A stretch of 64,000 nucleotides of DNA, from the NCBI GenBank assembly GCA_011109175.1, contig RDEW01000032.1:328656-392655 (forward strand), given 5' to 3'. A program made the position numbers and the translations under genes. Positions 14,690-27,880 of this stretch are shown one piece after another (positions within the stretch are counted from its first letter, which is position 1; every line of letters begins with the position of its first letter). A model generated the notes under the pieces. It made no database searches. It was not told where the DNA came from and saw nothing but the letters and a program-made list of their open reading frames with translations. This DNA comes from Dicyema japonicum (taxonomy: Eukaryota > Animalia > Dicyemida).

Positions 14690-15125
14690 AGTTAGTTAGG
14701 TAAAGCACATTCCCATTACCAGTAAACACTGTTTATGGTTTCCTTTGTTCCATGCTTTTCGATTATCCTTTCCTTCAGTCTTTTCCATCTTTTCGTTGTC
14801 GTGCTCGTTTCCTGATTTCTTCCAGATCGTCTGCATCCATCAGTCGGCCACCGATAACTGCGTAAACTTCCGAGAGTGTCCTTGAAAGACAACTTCTTGA
14901 ACGTACTCTGAATGCAGGAGATACAGTATGGCCGAAACAATCTTACGTCTGTTCATCCATAGGTAGAATATGTCCAAAAAAGCGCCAGCGTGCTTCAAGT
15001 ACGATTAGACTCATTGGTCCACAATCAGTCAGTTTTTATAATTTATTGTTTGAGATTTACTTTGGACAAGAGTATCCAAGGAGTTTTCTTGTTAGCTTCT
15101 GTGAAAAGAGTCAAGCTTTCTATTT
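14690..15125 (-). mobile_element. RTE-clade LINE 3' end with (CTAA)n tail
   Basis: LDSFHR...ISNNKL...MSLIVLEARWRFFGHILPMDE...ARQRKRWKRL matches the RTE C-terminus; followed by gaatgtgcttt and ctaactaactaa. Confidence 0.8.
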
Positions 15126-16667
15126 CCTTCTATTATAAATTTTTTTTATGTTAATAACTTTTTTTAATATAATAACACGTTTCAGAAATATCGAAAGATT
15201 TGTGGATATAAAACGTGGATTAAAATATAATGAAAAATTCCATAGACCATGATAACTCTAACTAACTACCCACGTGGTCCCATACACCCCAGTAGAGACG
15301 TTGGTCCAATATTCCTCCACAAGCCCATACAATACAGTATCGGTCAAATAATCTGGAAACACCCCTCGGTTCTTACAGATTATAAATTCCAGAATGAACC
15401 TGGAACCCCAGCTAACGTGGCCATCTTCAACTAAACGCTCTCCGATTCTGTAAACCACGAAGTACCATCCTTCCAATGATCCTCAACAGGAGTTCTGAAA
15501 AATTGATAGACGCTTAAGAGAGCGAGAAGATCTGGATGGACTACAAGAGCTTGGGTGTGCCAGGGACAAGTAAAGAAAAATGACTTTGTTAAAAATTTCT
15601 CGAGTTGTATTTTCTCCAGTATTCCTTACAAGAGTTAAAGGAAAATACAATATTCCCCAAAGTCCCAACAACGAACTTCTTGCAGTGGTTAAACATCATA
15701 TATCTTCGGAGTCGAGTTTGACTTGTCAATCTCTCTAACAACCACGTTGAACAACTTTCCACTAAAGCAAAGCAAAAATCAAATATGCTTCCAGCAGTGG
15801 TTGGTCACTCGAACGGAGACAAAGGAGTGTATAACGCATTAATTATGCCTCTCCAAACTGGGGTATATATAATTCTCCCTATTACAAAAGCTTCTGCAAG
15901 TCCAGAATTCAGCATTGAGAGCTATAACGGGTTGTTTAAAACGATCCCTGTTGGGGCTTACACTGGGACTCGAAGATCATGCCTTTTGGTGGCCACTTTA
16001 AAATGAGGTGCGTCCAATATTTCAGAAAATCAGCCGACCTTCCCATTACTTAAATCTATCAACTGCAGACACATATGGAGAACATTCACTTATCTCCAAA
16101 GAACACACAGGAAAATCCAAACAAAAGACCTAACCTGGCTAAAAAAATGCACATGATTTTGTGTTTAGGCGTGAATACAAACCCTGGAAGGAAACAAGAT
16201 ACAGGAGCGCAAACCTCTTGAGATTAGAGTATCAGAACACCTTCTTCAGAAGTCAAAGTTACGCGAAATCATGTATTTAAAATCGATAATTAACTTAGTT
16301 GAAATGGACAAAGAGTGTAATCTCAGTTTATAAGAAGAAATGCTTATATTTGATTCTGATTATTCTGACGGTCGATATGACGCTATTTCCTTACATTTCG
16401 GAAGAATTTGATGAGTTATTAAGTTCCCATGATGAGAACTCAACATCTGATTATGAAGGTTACGACAACTCTGATACCTTCTACAGCTTTGATTCCGACG
16501 TAATGTACTATCGTTAATAATAATGATCACAACGGAAGTCTTGTAAAAACTAGTTATGCAATCTAGTTGTTGGCATATGGGGGAAGCAGTAGCTACAGTA
16601 GATGAAATTATTTATCTTAGTATTTGGTTACATCTTAAAGCGCTAGAAGTTGCTAAGGATTTTATGA

Positions 16668-16945
16668 AAAATGAAAAATGAATTAAAACAACAAGTTATG
16701 GAATAAGTAGTCCGCCGGTTGGCCTGGACTGTTCCTCCGGGTACCCCTTATCCTTGCTATCCATCCAATTACTAATTTATCTCCAGAACGTTGTAGGTAC
16801 AAAGCCAGTACGCCCATCTCCAGATAGTTCTCCCTTTGTAGGTCCTTTCCTCAGTATGTTATACCACGGTGGTCCCAAACCGTCCTGCAGGGACCGATGA
16901 TGTGGTTAACAAAGTCCCGTGTAGATCCCAATTCGAATGTAGGGA
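16668..16945 (-). repeat. Unclassified dispersed repeat, 3' part
   Basis: Close reverse-complement match to 46380-46665. Confidence 0.85.
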
Positions 16946-17639
16946 TCAATTGGATTTTATGAACTTTTTTTTCAAACATCTCAATCTGCTCTTTCTACAC
17001 TGATTGACCTGTCTACAATGCTTGAAATCGTTATCCTTCATCCTTGAGTTGCATTCATTACTTCCGTTTTTATCTCCAATGCCTAAATTGCAATTTAAAT
17101 TATAACATCTTTGTAGCATGTTCTCGTGAGAATTATTCCTCTGGTTTTGAAATGGGACGGAATTATTTCCACGTGCTACAGAAATCATTTGAAAGCTTTG
17201 TCGATTGATGTGCCGATAAGAGCTATTCAAACGGTGGCTTTAAAGAAAACATTATAAAGTATTATTGTTGAGCACAAACAGTCTAGCAGTCTAGACACCA
17301 ATTTACGAAATCTACGCGTCGAGGAGACTGGTAGAGCGGGCAACTCATCCATTGGAGAAACGGACGACCCACTGTCCGAGGTGAAAGTGTAAATCATGTG
17401 GATATTGTCGATTCTTAGAATTGTATCGTTACTGAATGGAATAGTTTTTGGTAATTCGAAAATTCCCTTTTAGGAATATAATTTATATATATTTTAACAT
17501 ACGGAAGTATAACATCTTGACTGAGGATTATTTATATAAAATAAAAAACCAGTATTGGCGATAAATTATGCAACTTTATATGAATAAACAAGCCCTTAAT
17601 AGTTTGAGGACTTTTATGTAATTGTCAATGAAGCTACCC

Positions 17640-17795
17640 ACACAAGAAAAAGTAAAAAAAAAGAAGTGAAGATCATTCCTTGGTTCTACGATTAGTTAAA
17701 ATTAACTGTTCTTTACTTAAATAAAGTGTGTGTCCTGCCTATGCGGAGCTATAGATATTATGGCTCTCGTGAAAAGGCTGTTATTATTATTAATG
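17640..17795 (+). mobile_element. SINE family A, 3' half
   Basis: aagtgaagatcattccttg...aaataaagtgtgtgtcctgcct...ggagctatagatattatggctc and TTA tail, shared with 26625-26925 and 37149-37466. Confidence 0.6.
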
Positions 17796-17999
17796 AAGCT
17801 AGTGTTATAATTTTGCTATAGTTTTTCTTTAGACTTGTAAAAAATTCAATATTTTTTCCTAGTGATTGGGGATGGTTCGCTTTGAGTGTTCTTGTGAGCA
17901 AGATGGCTTCATCGATTCGTTAGAAAAATCCTCACCGCATTGCAAACACAATGGTTTAAGTGAATCCTTTGGATTTTGAATACAACCATAGGATAAATA

Positions 18000-18500
18000 G
18001 TTTTAAAAAGCACTCCGAGATAACATAAAATTAGTTAAGCTTCCCTTGTGCCGTATTCCGAATCATCCTCTCCGTCAGCTTCGACCATGATCTTCTATTG
18101 CGCACTAGATCTCTTAAGTAGTCCAAGTCGTCCGCCATTTCCATTATAATATCTGACGATATCCACACTCTTGTAGCGTTGTGAATCAGGTCCTGATGGA
18201 CTGCGAATCCAAGACCACAATGTCGGGAGGCTGACGGGAGAATAAAAAGGTGGAATTTTCCAAACAGTTCTGTACATTGTACGGTCGTTTTTGTCTCTAG
18301 TAGACAGCAGACGTCATATTTGGTTAGATCGCATACCAATTGGTGTTTCTTGTAAGGTTGAATAAGTCCTCTCCAATTGAAAGATCCCAGAGTGAACGGA
18401 GAAGTCGGTAAGGAATACGGATAAGACATAGTGCAATAGAGGTGTCGTTACCTCCTCAACCAGTTCTCTTTATATTCTCTTATTTTTAACAACTACCATC
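18000..18500 (-). mobile_element. Internally deleted RTE derivative (mini-RTE type A) with intact 132-aa ORF
   Basis: APE endonuclease start (LGSFNWRGL...DLTKYDVCCLLETK...CGLGFAV) fused in frame to an RTE C-terminus (LDYLRDLVRNRRSWSKLTERM); same junction at 63570-63960. Confidence 0.85.
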
Positions 18501-18709
18501 AAATAGCTGCATGCTTTGTCATTTAAATTATTTAAAATAAATTTATTTTTTAATATATTTTAATTAAAAAAATCGCACATTGAATTTTCTTTGAAATCAA
18601 GTAATGATTGAGGATTTCATAGCCGCCGAATTTCATGGAATGATGATTTAGTCAGATCTAGGACAAATGTTTTGAAGATCTACGATTGCCAAAAAAGAGC
18701 CTTCAAAAT

Positions 18710-19180
18710 CACGGAACGCTGGATTTCTGGAAAGTTCCAGCCATCAATGCCTCTTGAAACCATGATCCGAATGAACCATGGAACGTGGTCTCGTGACTGC
18801 GAAGATGTAGTCACTCGACCGATAGGTGCTTGAGTGGAGTCGAAGAAGGAGCATCGGGCCAAGATGAGGTCCCTGTAACAGCGTGATAGGATCACGTGAT
18901 TAATTATTTCATGTAACCGTTGTCTCTGATGTTTTTTTATTTATTTAAGCACCCAAATACCACTGTTAAAAATCGAAACTAACTAGCACGTGATCTCGAT
19001 ATGTTCGAATAAAGTCCTCATCTTTGCCCGATGTTCCTCTCGATCCCACACATGTACGTATCGAGGGACTGTTTGCAGAGGTGCTTTGAGTCATCCCGGA
19101 ATCTATCCGCATGAGGACTTCCAGAGGAGTCGGTCCGATCCATGTTCCCCACGAGTCTATCGCTCCGGTGTTAATATTGT
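18710..19180. repeat. Diverged inverted repeat pair (about 190-bp arms, about 85-bp AT-rich spacer)
   Basis: gagcatcgggccaagatgaggtc...gatcacgtg versus reverse complement of cacgtgatc...tcctcatctttgcccgatgttcc. Confidence 0.6.
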
Positions 19181-20230
19181 CATTAGGCTATACCTTTATT
19201 TTGTTAAGTTGAGTTTATCGATTACATTACAGAAGGTCATCAAGAAAATTATAGAAGACGAGTGTTTCCTTCATCAAGAAAACTATAAAGTACACAGGGT
19301 TCACGACTATAAGACTTTATCGAGAAAACTATGAAAGACGGGGGTTTGTGATATGTCATTATCAAGAAAACATCTAAAGATGTAGGTTCCACTCATATCC
19401 TGTAAGAAAGAATACCAAGAAATCAAATTTGATGAGAGCGATGACATATTTCAATTTGTTCAACTTATTCTTTACTAACCAGACTACACATGGAGATGAA
19501 AATTAATTTACTGAGTTGAAATCGTCCCCTCTTCATGATCTGGAGATCTAGTCTGCCATCACAGAAATGTAATTGCACCTGGAACATCTACAAGATTGGT
19601 TAAAGGACAACTGATTATCAAAAAACCTAAGACCTCACTTTTCACCTCGAACATGAGTCTAGAAGAAAAATAATCAATCTCACATACAATATCAAAATCT
19701 TTTTTTATGAATTTCAAAAAACCTTAGAATATTCTCATATGGAGATGAATCTACTAAAAAGTCTCAAACAGTACATCTACCCATCACACAAGTGCCTTAT
19801 AGAAAGACGCTGAGAGGACGGCTATAACGGAAAGGGAGTGCAGAATGACAGAAGAGTGGATTTCTGGAAAGATACAAAAATAATCTTAAAGCATCAGCAT
19901 TCACATGACAAATCGATGAGTGTTCTTCAAATTTCTTTCATTCGCCACAGACTGCATCTGGGTAGTCAGAATATGTAAAAAACAAAAAGCGTGAAGCAGT
20001 GTATAAGCTGACACATGTCCCAAATGAGAGATCTTCCATGTGAAAATGCGAAAATGTAATCACGACTCAGAGACCCCTGTGAACGGAAATGGTTCTCATA
20101 ACACATTGTAGTCGTAGTGGAAATGGTCACTGTCTCTATGCCACTGCCACCTGATTGCAAACTGTGAACTTAAACGAAAAGGTAGAAATCCCGAAAGTAA
20201 ACAATAAATGTTAGTAAAATTAATGATTAA

Positions 20231-21682
20231 CTAATAAAAGTAGTTCCTCCAGGTCAGAGTCTCCTCAAGTAACTCTTCCTCCGTCATTTCGTGGTTCTCC
20301 ACGTTGTTACCATTTTGAAGCTAAATAAGTTTAATAATAAACGTTAGAAGCCTTCATCTGAAGAGTCGCCATTTGCGGGAGCATCCACCCGCTATAAAGT
20401 CAGGACAAAAGACCAACCAAAGTACCATTACCTCTATTCTGAACTCTCATTGACATAGAACTCCCTTTAAATCGCTCCTCCAGCACGTGGCCAACTTTTT
20501 GAACACAATAATTGAGATCCACCAGTTCGTCAAAGCTCAGATCTCCATATTTCACCACATTCTCTTCGCAACGGACAAACGAAGACGTCTTATATACAAA
20601 TACTGTACTAACGCCCAGGAGAGCAGGTCTAGGATTCACGAAAGCGACGGAAAACTGAGTGACCAGAAATACTTTATTTGATGTGACAGAAAGGTCCCCC
20701 GACTCGAAGACAAAGTCAGAGTCAATTTCCCTTTGATTACTCAAATTCCTACTTCGGAGACCAGCAAATGGAATTGGGGTAAAAATTGGACAAGCGATGA
20801 GTTGTGAAACAAGGCATTCGATCTCTCCACCTTTTTGATTAGCGCGTGGTCTATATCCGCCACAATAAAGCCCACCTCCTCTCGCAACGGGTCACTACCT
20901 CACCCCATGGATCCACAATCTAGTTTCCCCAATTCTAAACCATGGGTTTCGAATGACCTCATTGTATCGTTGTGCCAAGCCAGTCTGGCCAAACTGCCAC
21001 CACATAACTCTGAGTTTCCACAGCTCTGGTCTTCACCATGCTCTAAGATTCACTCCCTCGTATACCTCCCAATGAACTCTCCCGTCTCGTACGTGAACGC
21101 AGCTGAGTAGACAATAATGTCGGCCCCCATTTTTTCTTAACATCAAAGCAAACTCGGCAAATCGTAGATCATAGCACTTTAATATATTTACCGATTTCTA
21201 CTATTTGGAGACCCACGTTTCCCGCTGGAGGTCTTTACTGGGGGAGTCAAAGTAACCCCAGGATCAATGTCGGCACTCTCTTTGGTAAACACGACGAGGT
21301 CGAACATGTTAATTTTGTTATAAGTCGCGACAATTTTTCCACTACAGTTGATTACCACGTATTTGTTGCGTAATTTATCGGAGACTTGACCCCCCGAGTA
21401 GAATTTTGTTTGGTAGCCACCCAGGAAGAGCCACATGTTTGTGTCACGTGCCAGAGCTTGCATTCGTTGTACTACACTGCCAGTGATAAAATCAGCCAGT
21501 TTGAATTGTTGATCATGAGTGGAACGTATAAAATCAAATGCTTCAGGCAAGAAAGCCATTTTTGCTCCTGTTTTTTCAGCCTCTTTGACAAGTGATGTTA
21601 TCATGGACATATTTTGTTCTACATTGTCTGTGCATTGTAGCTGAATTGCTGCAATTCTAGTGGCGCATTGAACTTGGCTCAT
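20231..21682 (-). CDS. NitFhit: NitFhit fusion (nitrilase Nit1 plus Fhit-like HIT domain)
   Basis: Nitrilase triad motifs FLPEAFD, YNKINMFD, QI|CYDLRF (25-nt intron), IVDPWG; contiguous Fhit-like part AFVNPRPALLG|HVFVCP...GDLSFDELVDL...VGHVLEERFKGSSMS and final exon EMTEEELLEETLTWRNYFY-stop. Confidence 0.9.
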
Positions 21683-21689
21683 TATTTTT

Positions 21690-21850
21690 CTATAAACATT
21701 TTATTAAAAAAATTAAAAATTAATAATAAAAAAATAGAATTAAAAATAACAAAAATCAAATATTAATTGCACTTAAATTTTTTATTGCTAGAAAAATTAA
21801 ATTTAATTGACAAGCAAAATGCACGTTTTTTATTCAAATATTTTCTGTTG
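21690..21850. promoter_or_regulatory. A/T island immediately upstream of the NitFhit start (putative promoter/NDR)
   Basis: Almost pure A/T with poly-A runs adjoining the ATG; function inferred. Confidence 0.45.
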
Positions 21851-23519
21851 TTAAAGGAAATTATTAGTTGAGAGAGTAATAAAATGATACACTTACCCAT
21901 TAATGGGCGCGGCTGTTGATACGCCCATTTACCACAGAAATATATGATATGATATAGCACGATTATTTACACTAACAAAATCAATCAGTAGATTAGTAAT
22001 TGATGGTAATTTCCACTCAATTTGCTGAAATTGCGTCGAATCAGCATTCTACTTGAATTGCGTATTCTTTCTTTAAGTTTCGGCTCTTGTTGAAACTGAT
22101 TTCCGTGAGTACTTGTGAGCGTAAGAATGAGTGGGAGAAACAATCGATACAAGTGACGCACAAAGCTAAGTTTTCCTCTCTCATCTATCGAAAAGTCATT
22201 TCGTCAGGCCTTTGGTTCGTGCAGTCAAGTTCAAGGGTTCAGTTGTAATATATTTAAGACTTCGAGTCTTATGAATACTTTGTTTATTACCTCGTTTTTT
22301 GTGGTAGAAACACAGTGCGATTCTCCCGCAATATGTTAGTTGGATATTGGGGAATTGATCATATGCTGATCCCTTAGATTAGTAAATCTAAAGGTGTTGT
22401 GACGTAGTCTACGAAAGCTACGGTGATGGGTGCAGAGTAACCTTCCTGTCAAACGGGTAAACGAAAAAAACGTATCACATACATCTTGTGGTGTTACAGA
22501 TATTATAAAATACCGACCGTGCTCTCAGAGAACCAACTTTCACGATGAGTTCTGGTAGTCTAGGGAAGCAAAGAGATCTCTAACTTTTCTTCCATCTAGA
22601 GTAGACTGTATCAATTCCGTAGATATGATTCCGATAGCTCTAGAAAAAATTGATTCCGAAGTGCTGTTCTCAGGAGGTTAGAGTCTCAGTATTTCTTGTC
22701 TTCAAGTTATCCAGGTTTATTTGTTGGAGGTTGAATTAAACTTTCCGAAGGAGATAACAGGATCAGTTAACCTGGTAGCTAGCCCTTGAAAGTTGAGGTG
22801 TCACGGATCAAAGTCTTTTTGCATTGGATACACTGGAAACCCCAAGTTCTTAAATAAGGAATCATCTAAACTCTAAAATTCTGCCAAAATTAATAATCCG
22901 ATTTTGAGAGATAATTTTAAATTGGCGGAGACGTAAACGCTGCTGTAAGGACTTGTCCAATCCACACGTGAGATAGTCACCAAAGCTTTACTATGTTAAC
23001 AATGGAGATACACATTACTACCTACCTGGACTAATGATTCCCTTTCCACTCTTTGCCTGGACAATTTTGAGAGACGTCATGTGAAGCACCCGATGCATGG
23101 TGGCATCCAAAAAATCTATTTCTTCACTACAGAATTGTAAGGGTTCCCAAAATAACAGATGTGGATGCTTAGAAAGGATTAAATATTAATTAGACTGAGA
23201 ATGGGATATCCCGTAATCCACCTCTTATGTCAGAAGGGAAACGAGAGGCTAAATGAACTTTTAAATACCAGTAAAAGAACGAAAGGTTTATTGGTATATT
23301 TCTTAATAAGAGGAAACTTGGATAGAATTGTCATTACAGCGCGAAAATAGAGCAAATAATTCTAACAAAATTATAGACTCCGCTGGGAACTACATGAGTG
23401 AATGAATCAATTTGAACTCATTTAGAAAAAATCTTAAGATGTAGCAGAAATTATAATTTATTTAACCCCCAATACTTAAAAAAGGAAGTTATCACACTAA
23501 TTGAGTGATCTCGATAACC

Positions 23520-23750
23520 TCCTTAGTTAAATGCACACCTAGTTACATAAGCATGAATACTTAGGGTTCCGCTTGTGCCGTTCTCTTCACTATCTGTTCT
23601 ACCAGTTTGCTCATTGTAACTTTCCTCTTCCAATGTCTTCGCAGTTCATCGAGGAATCCATGTATAAGGTCTCTGTTTAGTGTTCCTCTGACGTTGAAAG
23701 TTACAATTATAAACGAGGTAGAATAGACAGACTCAACCAACATACTAGTT
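23520..23750 (-). mobile_element. Mini-RTE type B (about 200 bp)
   Basis: IVTFNVRGTLN (APE start) joined to KLVEQIVKRTAQAEP-stop, then ggtgtgcattt; second copy at 34980-35200. Confidence 0.65.
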
Positions 23751-23839
23751 TTAAAAGCATCAAATTTTTGAATTATTTACAAACTTTAATAATTTATTTT
23801 TTAATTTATAAAAAATAAACAACAAATAAATTTATTTAA

Positions 23840-25624
23840 ATGTTATATCGACTTGGTCGGTTGTTGTCGCGTACAAACCACTCTCTCCTTCTAAGCCCAT
23901 ACATAGGACTAATTACCGGCTCACTCACTGCGGCAGGAATGGCAGCCACCACAATAACATACATTAACCCAACTCTCCACGAGTGAGTCTATTATTTAAC
24001 CATAGTTACGTCTCCAATAAGTTAACTAGAAATACCCAACAGTTACAAGACATGTGCGAGACCCCAAACTATGAAACTCCAAAAATTGTAGATGAAACGC
24101 CACAAGACATCAAAATATTAACACGTGCTGAAAAAATAGAACAGCTGGAGGAACGTGTACATGAGTGCTCCCAGATGTGTGTTGATAGTAGCAGAAAAGC
24201 CTTGGATGAAATGTCAGAATATTCCCAGAATCTCAGTAAGATATTATCAGAGGTATTCAAGTCGTAAACATGACAGTACGGTAATATAGAGGGACTAATT
24301 GACAATATTTCAAAACTGAATGAATGTAACACAACGGTCGAATCAGAAATCCAACAAGCAAAGTATTTATTTAAAATTTTAAATATCGTTTAATTTTAAA
24401 ATAGATATTTTAATTTAAAATTAGAAAGATTATCGATACTATTTACAAAGAAGCATCTGAACTGATAGCCGATAATTACCGTCAGACCAGGAAAATACGC
24501 CAAATTAAATCCAATCTGAGAAGATGCGAAAACAACGTGGAAAATATAAACAAATTAGTAGCAATTGTTGCTCACATAAGCTTAGGACTGCTGATTCGAA
24601 GTACAATGAGGACCGGCAGTTGGTTAAGGAAATTATTGAATATGCTAACACCCTAATTGGGGATATTGAGGCACTCAGCGAGGATGAACTAATGGTGTAC
24701 CTCCATAGGAGAGTTGTGGAAAATAATGATGAGAAGGAGAGGCTGAAAGAACGTGAAGAACTGATACTGGCATCGATGATGGATGACCTGAAAAGGAAGA
24801 TGGATGAGGATACTGAAAGGATTGTAAAGAAGACTTACGACTCTCTGGAGAAGCGACTGGCATCAGCTGAGAGCACAGCTGTATACCACGTTTGATTATC
24901 TCATAGAAGAGTGATTTGAGGAACAGAATTGAGAATGAGATCGTAATGGCTGAGGCTAAGTATTCGAAACAGCGGATTATTGAGGACAGGGAGGTCCTGG
25001 AAGCCCAGAGAATGGAGTACGCTAGGCAAATAGGATTTGAGGACAGGCATAGCAGTATTGAGGACATGGCGGAGTTCAATGTTAATGCCAGGAAGTGGAA
25101 TAAATCCTTTGAATTGGTTACCGAGGATATATTTGATCTGTCGGTTGACCCACGTGCTGTGGAGTTGTGGGAAAAGTGCAACATTGTGTCTGATTTAATG
25201 AATAGAAAGGATTATGTAAGCCGAGAAGAGATTAGTGAGGTACATTGAGTGAGGTTACTTAGTTGATCTCTGAGTTGTTTGACTGCGCATACAAGACTGA
25301 GTTTGGAAGGTCTCTGATTAACTGTTTTGATGATCCCCGAATACATTTTGAGGATGTATGTCCACGTGGGATGATGAGGTTTGGTTGTTCTATTTTACTA
25401 GAAAACCTATGTCAGTGGGCATACTTAGATTTTTGCAGTCCCTGATGACTTTTGATTGTTCTTCCGTGACTGAGGACAGTTCTGAGAAAGCTTTGAGGAA
25501 TGGGAGAATGAGTGATGCCCGGAGACTGATGGATAGTCCCGATAGTCGTCGCCCTGTCAAATATTTGGAGCTAAGGCAGCTCGTTGATGTCCTTAGAAAG
25601 ATGTCGATTATGTCGGCTAGTTAA
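23840..25624 (+). CDS. IMMT: MICOS subunit MIC60 / mitofilin
   Basis: Basic presequence MLYRLGRLLSRT, TM helix IGLITGSLTAAGMAATTITYI, long coiled coil, C-terminal FLQSLMTF (cf. YLQSLLLF) and LELRQLVDVL (cf. LETKQIVEIL); introns 23983-24005 (23 nt), 24253-24276 (24 nt), 24363-24424 (62 nt, A/T). Confidence 0.75.
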
Positions 25625-25639
25625 GGTGACTATTTGTTA

Positions 25640-26200
25640 TACTAATTGATGACATTCACTTAATGAGTCGGTCTGATATGTTTTCCTATGCATTTTCGTT
25701 AATAGCCTTTTATTGGCCTCTTGTACAGTTGTTTTACCGTCATGACTTTTGGGGGGTTGACTCAGTTCCTTGTATATGTGGTTATTTCCAACCACTTTTA
25801 GTGTTTTGAGTTCTCCCTGAAAGTAGCATCAACCTCAGCCTATAATGAATAACAGGACTTAGTGTTTTATTTTCAATTCGTTTGGGAGATCGACCTTTTT
25901 CCCGCCGACACAGTCGTAAAACTTCTTGGTGAGTAATTTCAACCTCTCTGATGGCTATGTCACCGATAACTTTCAGATACCACTTTATCTGTCTTATTGT
26001 GCTGTAAAGCAACTAAAGATTTTAGAATATCTGTATGAATATCACCATTTCTGTCTGTAGACCGGCGGTTCAAGCCCTCTTGAACGAGTGTCTTTAAACA
26101 AGCCCCATTAAGGACGTATCTGGATGTTATCCCTTTGTAGCCAAAATAGACAGGCAATTGGCGAATATGAAATATTCGAAAAACAATAAGGAAAATTGAA
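25640..26200 (-). mobile_element. LINE pre-RT/RT remnant
   Basis: VEITHQEVLRLCRREKGRSPKRIENKTL resembles ITxxEVxxxIxxLxxGKSPGxDxI; many stops. Confidence 0.5.
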
Positions 26201-26624
26201 TATTCGAGTTAGATTCTCACCTGAGTGATCTCGCATTCTGAACTTAGTGAAAAAGAGTTTCTAACAGAGGAATCTATGTAAGAATGATCCACTAACAGAA
26301 GCCACGTGAAGATCACTAAAAATGGTTTCTTTTGAATTTTACCTTTTCTGAGCAAGTTTACGTTACTTTTAAGTGTTACGATAATTAGAAAATGTCTAAC
26401 AAATGATTGTCACGTCTAAATGAGACATTATCATGAATATTCTGGAATTAATAACTAATAATTCCCTCTTCGAGGCTATATTTCTTGGTGGATTGGACCT
26501 GAACACACAAATGGTACATCAAAGTCGCAACGAAGGATTTGTTTCAAAATCCCCTTTTTAACTCGAACCTATTAATTTTTATGAATACTTTTTTACTCAC
26601 ATTAAATCATTATTCTCCACTTTA

Positions 26625-26925
26625 CACTATGTCCGGGTCCGTATTATAACGAGGCCTGTTTTCCCCTAGTTCGAATCTCACTCATGTATTTCACGACTAA
26701 ATGTTCCACGTATATACGATGCTTTGGCTTGACGAGTGACACCGTCATCAATGAACATCTGACTACGGCACCGGATCATCTTCAAAAAGACTCACACCCA
26801 ACAAAAAGAAAAAACGAAGTGATTATTATTCCTTGATTCTCCCCTTCTATACTTAATAAAGTGAGTTTGCTGCCTAGGAGGAGCTACTTCTAATATGGCT
26901 CTTCATAAAGTGCAGTGTTATTACG
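26625..26925 (+). mobile_element. SINE family A, full-length copy
   Basis: B-box tagttcgaatctc, core ggcttgacgagtgacaccgtcatcaatgaac and tail aaagtgcagtgttatta; aligns with 37149-37466. Confidence 0.75.
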
Positions 26926-27161
26926 ATCATTCGGTAATATTTTTATCTAATAACTTGAATTTTCTTTAATCGGTTTGATTTTGAATTTAAATTTTTTTCA
27001 TAGTCGAAAACAAATAATTAGAATTATCTACATATGTGAATTCTCAGTTGGTTCTGAAGTCGAACAATTCTTTGAATCTCTCATTTTCTCTCGAGTCAGA
27101 CAAACATTGCTTGAAATATCTAAAAATGTACAAACTCCACAGTTAAGAATGACTTATCTAA

Positions 27162-27237
27162 TAATGTCATTCTTAACTGTAAAAATATCATTCTCTTCGA
27201 TAATGTCATTCTAACTGTAAAATATCATTCTCTTCGA
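27162..27237. repeat. 39/37-bp tandem duplication
   Basis: taatgtcattct(t)aactgtaaaa(a)tatcattctcttcga twice. Confidence 0.85.
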
Positions 27238-27292
27238 CATTCATATTCGATTATATGATCTGCATTTCAGTTTCGTTTTCTAAGGATATAAC

Positions 27293-27880
27293 TTATTTCG
27301 GATCAGAATCTGGACATTTGAGAAACAACCGTTTGTTACTGACAAATGTACAATACCTTTCATTAATTATTGTAAAAGTATGAATTTTTTTAAGTAGTTT
27401 ATATTTTCTTTGATTCGCAAGATGATTGCGTGCCGCCATGATTGCGTGACTATTCTTTTCATGTTGACGAGCGAGATTTGCACATATAGCAAGCAGCGCT
27501 AACGAGATCTCTCGTGTGTAGAAATCAGATTCCCTAGACGACCCAGGAATTCCAACGCTGAAGGAACATTGGAACCTGACGCACTCTCTTGGAGCTAGAT
27601 CTTCCAAACATATGTCCTTGAACGAAATTGCTAGACGAGCTTTAAACACTGCAGGACACCCTTCTACGCTCTAACCACTCGTCCTTCGCAGACGTGACAA
27701 GAAACGACTCGATATGATGACAATATACCTCTCTCCTCTGGAAACCTCTTGTCTGGGACATCATCTTCATCGACACATTCGCCCCTTGAAACCAACATCA
27801 AAAAGCCTTTTTAGTCTGGATTGCCTCTGTAAAGGACGATAGATCAGAAAGAGCAGAACACACGGTCCTACCGAGGATAC
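27293..27880 (-). CDS. Candidate unidentified gene
   Basis: 118-aa ORF plus upstream coding-like sequence next to an A/T island; no family recognised. Confidence 0.3.

Noticed and set aside
15200-16250. Gypsy pol remnant (NELLAVV, GHSNGDK, IPVGA)
   Set aside because: Motif hints are too short and degraded to support a call.
19230-19390. CRISPR-like array
   Set aside because: Eukaryotic context, repeats only about 11 nt and degenerate, spacers irregular and partly similar, no cas genes.
24675-25184. 169-aa minus-strand ORF (also 5139-5537, 5474-5848, 20835-21110, 32468-32797, 36724-36945, 38069-38410)
   Set aside because: Antisense shadows of identified genes.
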